Source: Paraspadella gotoi | Taxonomy: Eukaryota > Animalia > Chaetognatha | DNA: 64,000 nt | Assembly (NCBI GenBank): GCA_051294375.1 | Contig: CM119266.1 | Coordinates: 22,730,638-22,794,637 of the forward strand | Reading direction: 5' to 3' | Shown: positions 26,116 through 37,400 of the stretch, in pieces | Position numbering within the stretch: position 1 is the first letter of the stretch | Layout of the letters: each line of letters begins with the position of its first letter | Position numbers and translations under genes: made by a program | Notes under the pieces: model-generated | Seen by the model: the letters and a program-made list of their open reading frames with translations, nothing else | The model's database searches: none | Told to the model about the DNA's origin: nothing

Positions 26116-27169
26116 CTCTCTCTGCTCTCTCTTTTGATCTGATTTCCTTCATGATTCACGTTTTATCAACAAAGCCGGCGAAACAGGGATTGGACGTGAT
26201 ATCCTTCCCTCGGGCGGGATCGCGGTGGCCGCCCCGCCCCCTACCTTCTGGCCCACACCCTACCTTTCTCGTCAGTTACTTCACGAGTTTCACCCCCACC
26301 CTTTGAAACTCACCCATTCCTTCACTTAAGCCCTCACCCTCTCCTCTCTCCTTTTCCTCTTGCTCTCAGTCACAATACGATTCTGAGGTTCGTGCGCGTG
26401 CGTCGGTCGGTGTGTCGTCGTGTCGATGCGTGTGGTCGTGCGGTGCGTCGTCGTGTTCGTCGTCGTCGTTCCGTTGTCGTTCGTCTCGTCGTCGTTGTGT
26501 TTCTTCTTTTTGAGGTGGCCGTTCGTCAGAATCTCAGGTTTTTTGTTTGGTTTGTTTTTTGTTTTTTTTTTAATTGCTGGACAAGCGGAAATTATTAATA
26601 AAGAGAAGATCAAAAGTTAATATAGTAGTATAACACTAATTTTCGAAGTAGAATTTATAATCAATATAACCAGCGTTATTCAATGTTTGTAGAGCGAGAC
26701 GGCACATCCAGAAAAGAAAACAGTTTTAAAACGCTTTTCAAAAAAACAAGAAACATGCTGAAGTTAGAATATTATTATTTCTCTCGTTTGATCTTGCGAT
26801 TTAGAGTTTTTAAAGACATGAATAAGTCGCCAAAAGTTAGAACGTTCTATCCGTGTGGGATTTATACGATTTACTCGCTTTCACTTTTCACTTCTCACCC
26901 TCACCTAATTGTACTCGCAATAACCAGTTTCCCTTCTTCATTCCGCAACGACGTTTAGCTAATAGAAATAGAAAATAGTCCTTCTCCCTCTTTACAGCCT
27001 ACTTACATGCCGGACCCTTTCAATCTCGCCGCCCCTAGCGAGCCCCTCCGTTTTCTGCCTCGATAAAAATTTATTCGAAAGGTTCGAGCCTCTTTACCCT
27101 TGAGCTTTCTCAAGCGTCGTCGTTCTCTCTCTCCTCTCCTCTTTCTCTCTGTCTCATTTCGTCTTCTCT

Positions 27170-27217
<48 letters not shown>

Positions 27218-27434
27218 CTCTCTTCTCTCTGCTCTCCCGACCTCCCCCCCTTTCCCCTACACCCACGCCGCTCCTTCACTTTTCTTATTCCTCGACGTCA
27301 AATGCAAAGACTTACCCTCCCGCTTTTCGGCCGCCGTCCTTCAATAAATCACGTGCGTGCGCCAGTTCCTCTCTTCTCTCTCTTCTTCTCTCTCTCTCTC
27401 TCTCTCTCTCTCCTCTCTCTGCTCTCTCTCTCTC
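11510..27434. other. Three to four redundant overlapping copies of one ~5-kb locus, separated by 25-N gaps (probable long-read gap overfill)
   Basis: 14819-15652 is identical to 18211-19044 (offset 3392, identical ORFs). 21281-23100 is identical to 25615-27434 (offset 4334). 11510-12245 matches ~20460-21300 and ~24850-25630. 17157-17620 matches 23101-23510. ~23990-24600 is the reverse complement of 23101-23630. Differences between copies are mostly scattered single-base indels. Confidence 0.9.
19582..19660. repeat. 20-bp purine minisatellite (GAAGGAAAAAGGAAAGGGAA) x~4
   Basis: The same 20-mer repeats in register across lines 19561-19680. Confidence 0.88.
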
Positions 27435-27744
27435 AAAAAAAAAAATGAGAACCAAAATCGAGGTCGAACGGTTGGAGTTAAGGAGAGCGATAAAGAGGGA
27501 GCGACTTCTTTGCATCGAAAGAAAGCGAAAAGGCGGGGAATTTTGGAACGATGTCAGGAAAGAGTTTCAAAATAGAAAGTAAACGGAGATTTAAAAGTCA
27601 TTATAATATGACGAAATTACTATAATCGAGGGAACAATTATTGTATCTCTTACGTTTGTATCTGTGATACATAGTGTGGTTAAACGTTTTTTAAGTTTTT
27701 TTTTGTCTTCTATCCGTTTCTTTAAAGGCGTTTCTATCTCTCTC

Positions 27745-27748
<4 letters not shown>

Positions 27749-27819
<71 letters not shown>
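27749..27819. repeat. (CT)n microsatellite
   Basis: Pure CT tract. Confidence 0.95.
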
Positions 27820-27823
<4 letters not shown>

Positions 27824-30235
27824 TTCTTTTTCTTTATCCCTCTCTCTCTTTCTCTCATTTCGGTTCAGCCTCGACGCTGTTGATTCAGTGACCTCGAATT
27901 TGACCTATTCAAAAAAGTCCTTGTCACGACGCGTCAACTCGCCGCCCACCGTGCTGCCGTTTCTCCACCTCCTGCTCTGCCGCCGCCTACTGCTACACCG
28001 CTGCGCAACATAGATGTAGTTACCGATCTGTTGCGTTTTTAGAATTCACACTTTCCACAGCCGTTGCGCTTTCTCATTTTTTCACTGCTGCCACCGTCCG
28101 CTCTTAAGTTTTCCAATTTCCTAAGCAAAAAAAAGATAAAGATAAGTGTTTGATGAAAGTTCCCTTTTACGAAAAAGCAAGCATGCAACATATGCTGCAC
28201 GGCTGCGACGACTGCAGCATCCGTGACTGCAGCACCTGCCACAAGGAAGGCCGAGTCACCGACATGACAAATCCCTTCGGGAGCAAAGGACGCGCACCTT
28301 CCTCTTTCACCGCGAAGGGGACGTTTCCACTCCCACCATCCCACCTCCTTGCAAACCTCGACACTCCCCCAACGGGTCCACCACTCACCCTCTCATCCCC
28401 CCCGCCCTCCGTGCAAAAAAAAAGGGGCCTTGAAAACCCGACGGAAGTCTTTCTCCAATTTAAATCTAATCTCGACAAAATCCAGAATTTTAAACCTTTC
28501 ACTGCGACGCGAGGGCGAAGAGGCAGTGTAAATGTGGGTGGGGGGAGGCGAAAGGGGTTGGGGGGGAGGAGAGGGGCGATCGGGAGGAATGAACTGGGGT
28601 TGGAGTAAGGAAGGGGAAAATAAGAATATCGGGGTGAAGGGAATTAAGGGGTTTTGGTTGAGTTTAAGATGTCGAAACATTGCAAGAAAATGGACGTCGA
28701 TGTAAGCAAGAGAGTAGAATGTCGCGGCCGACACTGAGGTTAGGTTTCGAAGAGATGCTGTGATACGCTACGATGTATTTTAAATAGAAAGATAATTGTG
28801 AAGAGAATGGCGGCGTACATGAAAAAAAAGGACAAAAAAAATTACGAAACTCGTTACATTTTCCTTCGTTAAAAAAAAATATATATTCACTTATTCAGTA
28901 ACGCCGCTCAACTTTTCCTCTTCTCCAACAAAAAAAATGAGCATCGAAAAAAAAAAGAGAAAGCGCCCTCTGCGGCGCTGGAATCGGCGCTTCGATTTTG
29001 GCGCGCAAAGCGCCGAGGCTCGGTGCGCGGCGAAAAGGCGCTCAGAGCGTCGTCTCGAAAAGCGGCGGGGCTCGAGAAGCGGCCTGAATGAACCAAAGGC
29101 GAAGTCAAGAGGCCAACCAACACAAAAGAATCTTGAAAAGGAAAACCTGATGAGGTTCCTCAGGATGAAACTTGAGAAGGGGGGAGGAATAGGGGGGAAG
29201 GGAGGTGGAGTGAAGTGGAAGAGGAGTGAAATGTTAAAAGGGATAGTGTAGCCGGGGGTGAAGAGACAAGAAGGGTGTCGAAGTTATTGGGCAAGAAAAG
29301 GGGGGGAAGGAAAATAATTGATAATGAGATTAGACAAAAGCGAGATAAGTATCTATCTAGTGCGACCTAGATAAAGTTTGTTTTCTATTTTGAATATTCG
29401 TATCAATAGGTATTTTAAACATTAAACTGAAGGATGCCCAAGCGTTTTTCATAACTGTGAAACATATGAAAGACTATGAATTACCTTTATTCTGAAAGCC
29501 GTTCGAAACGAGGCTACGGCGTCGGCCACGACGACGACGACGACGACGATGATATTCGGACCGGAAGCCAAGGTTTCCATGGAGACGAAGACGAACGACG
29601 CTACGGTTTATGCTTCTCCCGAGATGAAGTCGAAACCCAGCGCCGCGCCCCATAAATTATCTTTTTTTTTCTCATTTTATTTTATTTACTTTTTTTTAGT
29701 TAAAAAAAGTTGCTATCTTCCTATATTATCCTTTTTCTCAATCTCCTCTATTTTTTTTTTCTTTTTTCATTTCTTTTTTCTTCCTTTTTTGATTTTGTTT
29801 TTATTCTTTTCGCTTTTGATTCGATTTATTTTCCCTTTTATTTCTGCTCTGTTTCGCTTCGAAGGCGACAGAGGCGACGCCGGAGGTCACGTGATCGCGA
29901 AGAACCGCTGCCGACGCCGCCGAGGTCGCCGACGCCGCCGACGCCGCCAACGACATCCGCTACAACCGCCGGCGCCACCGCCAGACTTTGATGCGTCGCG
30001 TTTGTCTTTTGTTATGGTTATTTTCTCTCTTTTCTTTGATTTCGTTTTTTTTTTTATCTTCTCCATCTCTGTCTTTTTTTTATTCCTTCCTTTTTTTTTT
30101 TCAATTCTCCTGCCGTTTTTTAATATAAACTTCTTCTGCAGCGAATTCGTCAGAGTTTTTTTAAATGTTTAAACAACGTTTGTTGTAGAAAAAATACCTG
30201 AATGTTAAACTTTCGTTGTTGATAGTGCAAACCTT

Positions 30236-30493
30236 TTGCCCGTAAGAGCCTTTAGAATCGCCCTGTAAGAAGCCGTTTAATCGCCCTGTAAGAAGCCTTT
30301 AAATCGCCTGTAAGAAGCCTTTTCCGCCTGTAAGACCAGCCCCTGTAAAACACTGCGAAGAGCCTTTAATCGCCCTGTAAGAAGCTTTTTAATCGCCCTG
30401 TACAAGAAGCCTTATACTAAACCTTTACGACCCTGTAGAAGCTTAATCGCAGAAATTTAATCCCGCTGTAAGAACCCTTTAAATCGGCCTGTA
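30236..30493. repeat. 22-bp minisatellite (ATCGCCCTGTAAGAAGCCTTTA)n, left part
   Basis: About 11 head-to-tail, indel-bearing copies with no spacers. Confidence 0.9.
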
Positions 30494-31144
30494 AGTAGGG
30501 CCAAAACTCCAGAGATAATATAAAATTTCGAGCTATTAGCAAAGTACTTTAGTTGTCTTGACTAATTAACTCTTAAACAATCCAATTTTCAAAAAAAAAT
30601 TTATGATTATACGTCCTTGATTAATACCATTAAATATTACTTGTCCTTTTTTAATATTATGAAATTTATTTTTTAGAAATCTTAAATTTTTTGATGATTC
30701 TGATAGAGCATTACAAGTTAAAATAAGAATCATAATTACAGCTTTTTAAAAATTATTACATTTTCTATGTGAAAAATAAAAAAACTGTATAAAATCATCG
30801 AAGATGATGATGATGATGATTTTGTACGGTTTTTCTTATTTTTTTGACGTACTTAATCATGAAAATATTAAAAGAAGAATTATAGCTTTGTGTAGACATA
30901 CTTTTTATTGGAGCTATTCTGAATCTGGTCTTAAATTTAAAAAATTAATCAAAAAAATTTTGGCCTTTCCTATTTTATAATAAACTAGTTAAAAAAATAA
31001 TTATTTTGGGTTATAGAGGCCACAGTAAGAAATGTTTTGTCCATTGAAGACGTATACTTAAAAAGATGTATAAATTTTCCGTTGAGCATATAATCATGTC
31101 TAAATTTTTGATGTCACTGCCATTGAGTGGGGCTTACCCCTACT
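30494..31144. mobile_element. 651-bp MITE with AGTAGGG...CCCTACT termini and TA target-site duplication
   Basis: ctgTA|AGTAGGG (30492-30500) ... CCCTACT|TAagaagc (31138-31146). Removing the insert and one TA restores the minisatellite unit CTGTAAGAAGC. The interior is AT-rich with no ORF. Confidence 0.78.
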
Positions 31145-31322
31145 TAAGAAGCTTTATCGCCCTGTAAGAAGCCTTTAATCGCCCTGTAAGAAGGCAATGC
31201 CCTGTAAAAGCTTCGCCGCAACCTCGTCGAAGAAGCAATCCTGTAAATGCTAATCGTCCCTGTATAGAAGCCTTTAATCGCCCTTGTTAAGAAAGCCTTT
31301 AATCGCCCTGTAAGAAGCCTTT
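31145..31322. repeat. 22-bp minisatellite, right part
   Basis: About 8 further copies of ATCGCCCTGTAAGAAGCCTTTA in the same orientation. Confidence 0.9.
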
Positions 31323-31349
31323 CTCGTTTCTCCCTTCCGAACGATTCGA

Positions 31350-31510
31350 TATTATATTTATTTTGAATATTATTTTATTATATATATATTATGATTATTT
31401 ATTTTTATTATTATTTATTTATTTATTTATTTATTTATTATTTATTTAGTTTATTTATTTAATTATTTTATTTATTTTTATTTATTATATTATTATATAT
31501 ATTTTTTATT
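31350..31510. repeat. (TTTA/TTA)n AT-only low-complexity tract
   Basis: TTATTTATTTATTTATT run. Confidence 0.88.
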
Positions 31511-31571
31511 TCTTTTTTTTTTCATTCTTTTCTTTAAGGCTCTTCACGCAAACCCCAAGAGCCCTTTTCTT

Positions 31572-31602
<31 letters not shown>

Positions 31603-31635
31603 ATCTCTCTCTCTCTCTCTCTCTCTCGCTCTCCT

Positions 31636-31691
<56 letters not shown>

Positions 31692-31715
31692 TCTCTCTTC
31701 CGTCTTCTTCTTCTC

Positions 31716-31750
<35 letters not shown>

Positions 31751-34288
31751 AGTCAGACGTCTCGGTTTATCTCCCCGCGACGCCAATGCCACGCCCTCGC
31801 CTCCGCGTCGACGTCGTTCTCCCATTCACTTCGGAGAATCGGGGACCCGAAGGCGAGACAAAGAAGGGGGAGAGATAGGGAGGAGGGGGAAGAGGGGGGA
31901 GAAAGGGGAGGATCGGAGGAGGAGGGGTGGCGAACGGAGTAGAGTTGAGAGGCAAAAAAAAAAAGAGTGAAGTTGGATGAGGTTAGAATAGATGAGGATT
32001 TTGAAAGTAGAGAAGAGTGGGGAAAGGGATCGTCGTAGTGGGATTTGCAGAGAGGGTGGTGGGATAGAGAGAGGTGGGATAGATTGGAAGGTGGAAGGAA
32101 GAAGGTGGAGAGGAATGAAGGTTGAGTAGAGGAGTATGAAAAGAGGAAAAGAGGGTAAGAGAGTGTGGTTGCAGGAGGTGGTATAATTTGGTGGAAAGGA
32201 GGCACGTATGTACGAAAAAGGGAACTAAAAAAAATGACCGGAGACGAAGGGACAAATGTAATTTTAAATGCGCAAAAAAAAAAGGGAATACGAGATGAGA
32301 AAAGGTTTGAAAGATGAGCGAACAGGGAGCGACTGTGAGAACGAGGCAAAGAATTTTGGGCAAAGTAAGTTTTTGTGAAAATACGTGGCGCGTCAGTTGA
32401 AGAAGATTAAAACGGGGAAACTTTTAAAAAGGTTTTAAAATTTTGAAACTTGGATCTTGAAACAAAGAGTGAGTTTATGAGCCCACGTGGTTGTTGAACG
32501 AGGGTTAAGGGGTTGTCTTGCTGCTGTAGACCTCGGATAAAGCAAACGAGGCGGGGTTAGTTTCGAACCAATTAAGGGGCAGAGTTGATGAAGTGAGATG
32601 GGACAAAATGAAAGAAGATGAGTTGAGAAAAGACGGGATGAAGTTTCACGGAAAAATCGGCAAATGAGAGATGAAAAGCTCTCTCTCTCTCTCTCTCTTT
32701 TTTAACTTCGCTCGCTCTCGTTCTCTTTATCTCTTTCTCGCTCTCTCTTTCTCTCTTTAAATCCGAAAGATTAGCTCCTTTATTTTTAAATCTCGTTTTA
32801 AAGTTGACAAGCCAAAAATTTACTGGCGGGACTGTTTATAAAGGGATAAGTTCTTTTACTCTTTCATGGCATCAGATCAAATTTGAGTTAAAAGATAAAA
32901 AATCTTGGTATTTTTTTTTTCGTTACATTTATTAATTAAATTGATACAATGATGTCAGAAAAATTTTACTGTAACTCGAAAAAGAAAGGGACATAGTTGA
33001 CAAGAGCTTCATTTCTCAAGTCTACAACTACGAGAACAACGACAACGACTAAAAATAAAAAGAAAACAATTTGTGTCAGACTGAGATTTCTTTCTTTTTT
33101 TCCCCCTCTCGTTTTCGAATAAATGGAAATTCGGTGACCCTCAGAAATCTAAAACTCCCGGAGAAAACGACTTCGACCAAGTTTAAAAAAGAAAGAATTT
33201 CTTTTCGCTTTTCTTATAATTGTCTCTCTCCTTCTCCGTCTCCTTCTTTTCCGTCTCCTTCTCCTTTTTTTTCTTTCCGGGAAATGGAAATTCATGTGCG
33301 TCAAAGTCGAACGTGACCGAAACTTCTCTCTCCCCCCAACTAGTGGGAGAGGGTGGGGTAACAATCCGTAGAACGGAGAAGGGGGATTCGAATGAGACAT
33401 TCTCCCTGAGGAGTGAAGGCTTTGGAGTGGAGATATCATAGAGGAAGGGTAGGGGCGACGTTAGGGAATTGCGAGAGTAAGTTCGTATCCTTTGAATTAA
33501 AGTGGGATCGAGAAAGAACTCGCTCACAACAAACCTATGCCTCCAACGCTGACCTCCGCCGAAACTCTGGGGATTTCGATTTTCCTCAATTTCAGTCGGG
33601 ATTGTGACGCAGGAGCTTAAGGCGTAGGTTTAACCCAAAAGTTGAAGAGGTAGTGATTGAGCAGCTTCGCATCACTGGAGCGGCGCTACTCCCAAAGTAT
33701 GAGTAAGCTGCCCCCAATTTTTTACTGTTTCTAATTTTTAAACTTTGCTAAAAAAATCCGGCACAAAACGCCTGACGCTGCCGGTTCCGCCGCCGCCCAG
33801 CATATTTAGAAGAATCGCTGCTGAGAATTTTCGAAACTTTATTAGCAATGATTACCGATGTTTTAAAATAACTTGTGCTGGTAAGTTGGTGTCAATATTT
33901 CAAAATTAATTATAATCGAATCAATGTTTCATTGAATAAGTTACAAATGAGAAATGTTGACAGTTTGGGTCCAGCATAACTGGATCATAAAAGGCAAATG
34001 CGCTAAAATACTTCTTCTTTTATTGCTTCCTCTATCTTTCTCTTCTTCCTTTCTCCCTTTCATACACGCATCAATTACCCTCTCCTTTTATTTCTCTTCA
34101 ATCCCTCTTCACTTTTTCCTTTTTCGCTTTCCTTTCTCCTTTCCTTTCCTTTTCTCCCTGTACCTACTCCTTCACCTTCCTCCTTCCTTTCCTTTCTCGT
34201 CGAATGAAGGTTTCTTCTTTTCTTGATTGGGGTCATGGAGGCCGAGAGGAACTGAAATGGAAGCGCCTTTCGGAGAGCCCCACCTCCA

Positions 34289-34320
<32 letters not shown>

Positions 34321-37167
34321 AGCCGACGACCGTCTCCCAAATCTCAAAACCAACTTTTTTCGTCTCAGACAGAAAAAAATAAAAGGAAGAGAGAGAGAAG
34401 GTGGAGAGAGATGAGAGAGAGAGAGAGAGAGAGATAAGGGAGATAGAGAGCAGAGAGAGAGGAGAGAGAGAGAGAAGAGGGTTTTCTCGGCCTTGAACGC
34501 TAAAACAATTCAAGAAAAAACCTTGAATATATATATATAATAATATATATTGCTTGGTCGTGAGANNNNNNNNNNNNNNNNNNNNNNNNNNNNNNNNNTT
34601 TTTTTTCCACTTTTCCCTCGAGATTCAAAAGAAAATCGTGAGGATTGACCAAAGTGATTATCGGAAGAGCTTCGCCGCTTTGGTGAAGGAGATGTTGCTG
34701 CGAGCTGATTAGTTGCAGACATTTTAAAGAGATTGTCTATTTCTTTTGTATTTTTTTGTTTAAANNNNNNNNNNNNNNNNNNNNNNNNNNNNNNNNNNNN
34801 NNNNNNNNNNNNNNNNNNNNNNNNNNNNNNNNNNNNNNNNNNNNNNNNNNNNNNNNNNNNNNNNNNNNNNNNNNNNNNNNNNNNNNNNNNNNNNNNNNNN
34901 NNNNNNNNNNNNNNNNNNNNNNNNNNNNNNNNNNNNNNNNNNNNNNNNNNNNNNNNNNNNNNNNNNNNNNNNNNNNNNNNNNNNNNNNNNNNNNNNNNNN
35001 NNNNNNNNNNNNNNNNNNNNNNNNNNNNNNNNNNNNNNNNNNNNNNNNNNNNNNNNNNNNNNNNNNNNNNNNNNNNNNNNNNNNNNNNNNNNNNNNNNNN
35101 NNNNNNNNNNNNNNNNNNNNNNNNNNNNNNNNNNNNNNNNNNNNNNNNNNNNNNNNNNNNNNNNNNNNNNNNNNNNNNNNNNNNNNNNNNNNNNNNNNNN
35201 NNNNNNNNNNNNNNNNNNNNNNNNNNNNNNNNNNNNNNNNNNNNNNNNNNNNNNNNNNTTTTTTCTTTTAACTCAATTTTTTTTCTCGCATACAAATTCA
35301 GTTCTGCATCTCATGGATGAACAACGAGGGACAAACAGACAACGAAATTCTATTCATTTATGCGAAAAAGAAAACGGGAGGGGGGAATTCAACGTGGAAA
35401 CGTTAGGTTATTATAAACTATTAAACCGTTTAAACAGTTGGTTGTTTTAAAACTGAGTAAACGCTTACGATCCATTAGATTAACGACTAATTTACGACAT
35501 AAGATCTTGTTTAAAGCGGTTTTAATTAGGACTAATTTGCTTCATTACATTTCATTTTTTTCTTCATTTAAATCTACTAGTCTCCTTTTATTTTCATTTA
35601 GTATTTTTCAATGTTTTTTTTTTTCTTAACACGAAACCACAATTCCATTTTATTAGACACGATTCCCTCCCTTTCCCTTTATATTCCTTTCCTTTCTTCC
35701 CAAACACTCGAAGAAAACTCGCCTTTCCTTTGTTTCCCCCCGAATTCTCGCTGTCTATGACTTGTCAGGAGCGAGAGACGATGATAAATCGATCGCTAGA
35801 AACGGGGGGGCGGATGGGGGGGGGGAAGTAGAACCCTTTCCAATTGTCACAGTCTAATTCCTTTCACCCAAAACTTAACGCCATCCGGTTTTTTTTTCCT
35901 GAGGCTAAAAATAGCATTTTTTTCTCTTCATCCGGTCGAGATAATTTTAAAGAGGCGGTTTTGATCGTTTATTACAAATTTAAAATAATTGACTTTTGGT
36001 CCTTTTGGTCCCGATTTCAAGTGCGAGAAAAATACATAGGCTAGATAAGATCTTTTTTTTATCAGGACTAAAAAGTCTAAACACGATGTACCAAGAATCG
36101 AAAAACTCCACAACAACGCAAGTGGAAGAACCCAACCGACGAAGTTCGAGTATCGCGAGGATGACATGTCAGTTTCCCTCCTCCAGTTCTCTTGACGTTG
36201 ACATGTCCTCCAGGGTCAGGTTTCGCTTTAAAAATAAAAAATAATCCACCAATCGGAACAAAGGAAATCTCTAATTTTAAGAAATTGACGAATAAAGAGG
36301 CCGGACGTGTTTTGGCCTCTTTACCATCGATCGGCCAATGGAGATCGTGCGATTTTAACCGGCGACGTGGGCGATAACATTTTTGCCCAATCAGCGCTCG
36401 AAAAAGGAATCCCCGCGTCGCCAGCGACTTTATCTTTAAGCAAAAAAAAAAAAAAAAAAGGGTTGACAACTTGCCCTCCCACAATTCGCCTTAATCCGGT
36501 TATTATATTGGCCGCAACGAGTCGACGCGAGGGGCCTGTTCGTCGGGGGCAGAGGAAACAACCTCCCAGGAAGGGTTTTTTTTTAAAAGAGTTTCTTAAA
36601 GTTTTTGGCTTATTCTCTCAATTATTTTCATCGTGCTTTTGTCGTGCGCACAGAAATTTTGAACAAGTTGAACCCATCTCTACTCTCTCTGTCTCCTGTC
36701 TCTCCTTCTTCTCTCTCTCTCTTCTCCTCTTTCTCTCTCCTCATCTCCTCGACTATCTCTTTCGGATTTCTCTCTCTTATCTCTTCTATTCTCTCTGCGT
36801 CCTTCTCTCAATCCTCTCTCTGCTCTACTCTCTCTCCACTCCTCCACTCGCCCCCTCACCTCGCAACAGAATTGCGATGCGATCAAAACTGATATTGATT
36901 GGATTGAACATGTTACCATACAACTATCTCAGAGGACGAGAATCGCGAACTGTCGATCTGTCAATCTCCTCTCCTTCCTCCCTCCTCGACTCTTCCTCCT
37001 ACTCCATCATTTCAATGTCCCTCCTACCTCTTCTTCCTCTTATTCGCTTTTCACATTCTCATGGAGCAGTCGACAAAGTTCGCCAAAACGTTTTGACCGA
37101 CGCCACGGAAGTCGCTTTCGTGAACGCTCCGACTTGACCGTGAAATACGGCCTGTCTCGACCGAGAA

Positions 37168-37400
37168 TAAAGAAAGAAAGAAAGAAAGAGAAGAACAGAA
37201 AAGAGAGAAAGAAAGAAAGAAAATAAGAAAGCAAAAGGAAAGTAAAGAAAGAAATATAAAAAGAAAGGAAAAAAAGAAAGAAAAGAAAGAAAGAAAGAAA
37301 GAAAGAAAGAAAAGAAAGAAAAAAGAAAAAGAAAGAAAGAAAGAAAGAAGAAAGAGATAGAGAAGAGAGAAAAGAATAAAAGAAGAAATGAAGAAAAATA
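37168..37400. repeat. (GAAA)n polypurine tract
   Basis: Degenerate AAAG units ending ~20 bp before an N-gap. Confidence 0.9.

Noticed and set aside
28150-28608. 152-aa ORF with CxxC-x4-CxxC-like motif (GCDDCSIRDCSTCH)
   Set aside because: The cysteines derive from a short GACTGCAGCA duplication, the rest is low-complexity, and an overlapping antisense ORF is equally open; no family recognised.
30236-31322. 22-bp repeats as a CRISPR array
   Set aside because: Units are head-to-tail with no unique spacers, there are no cas genes, and the context is eukaryotic.
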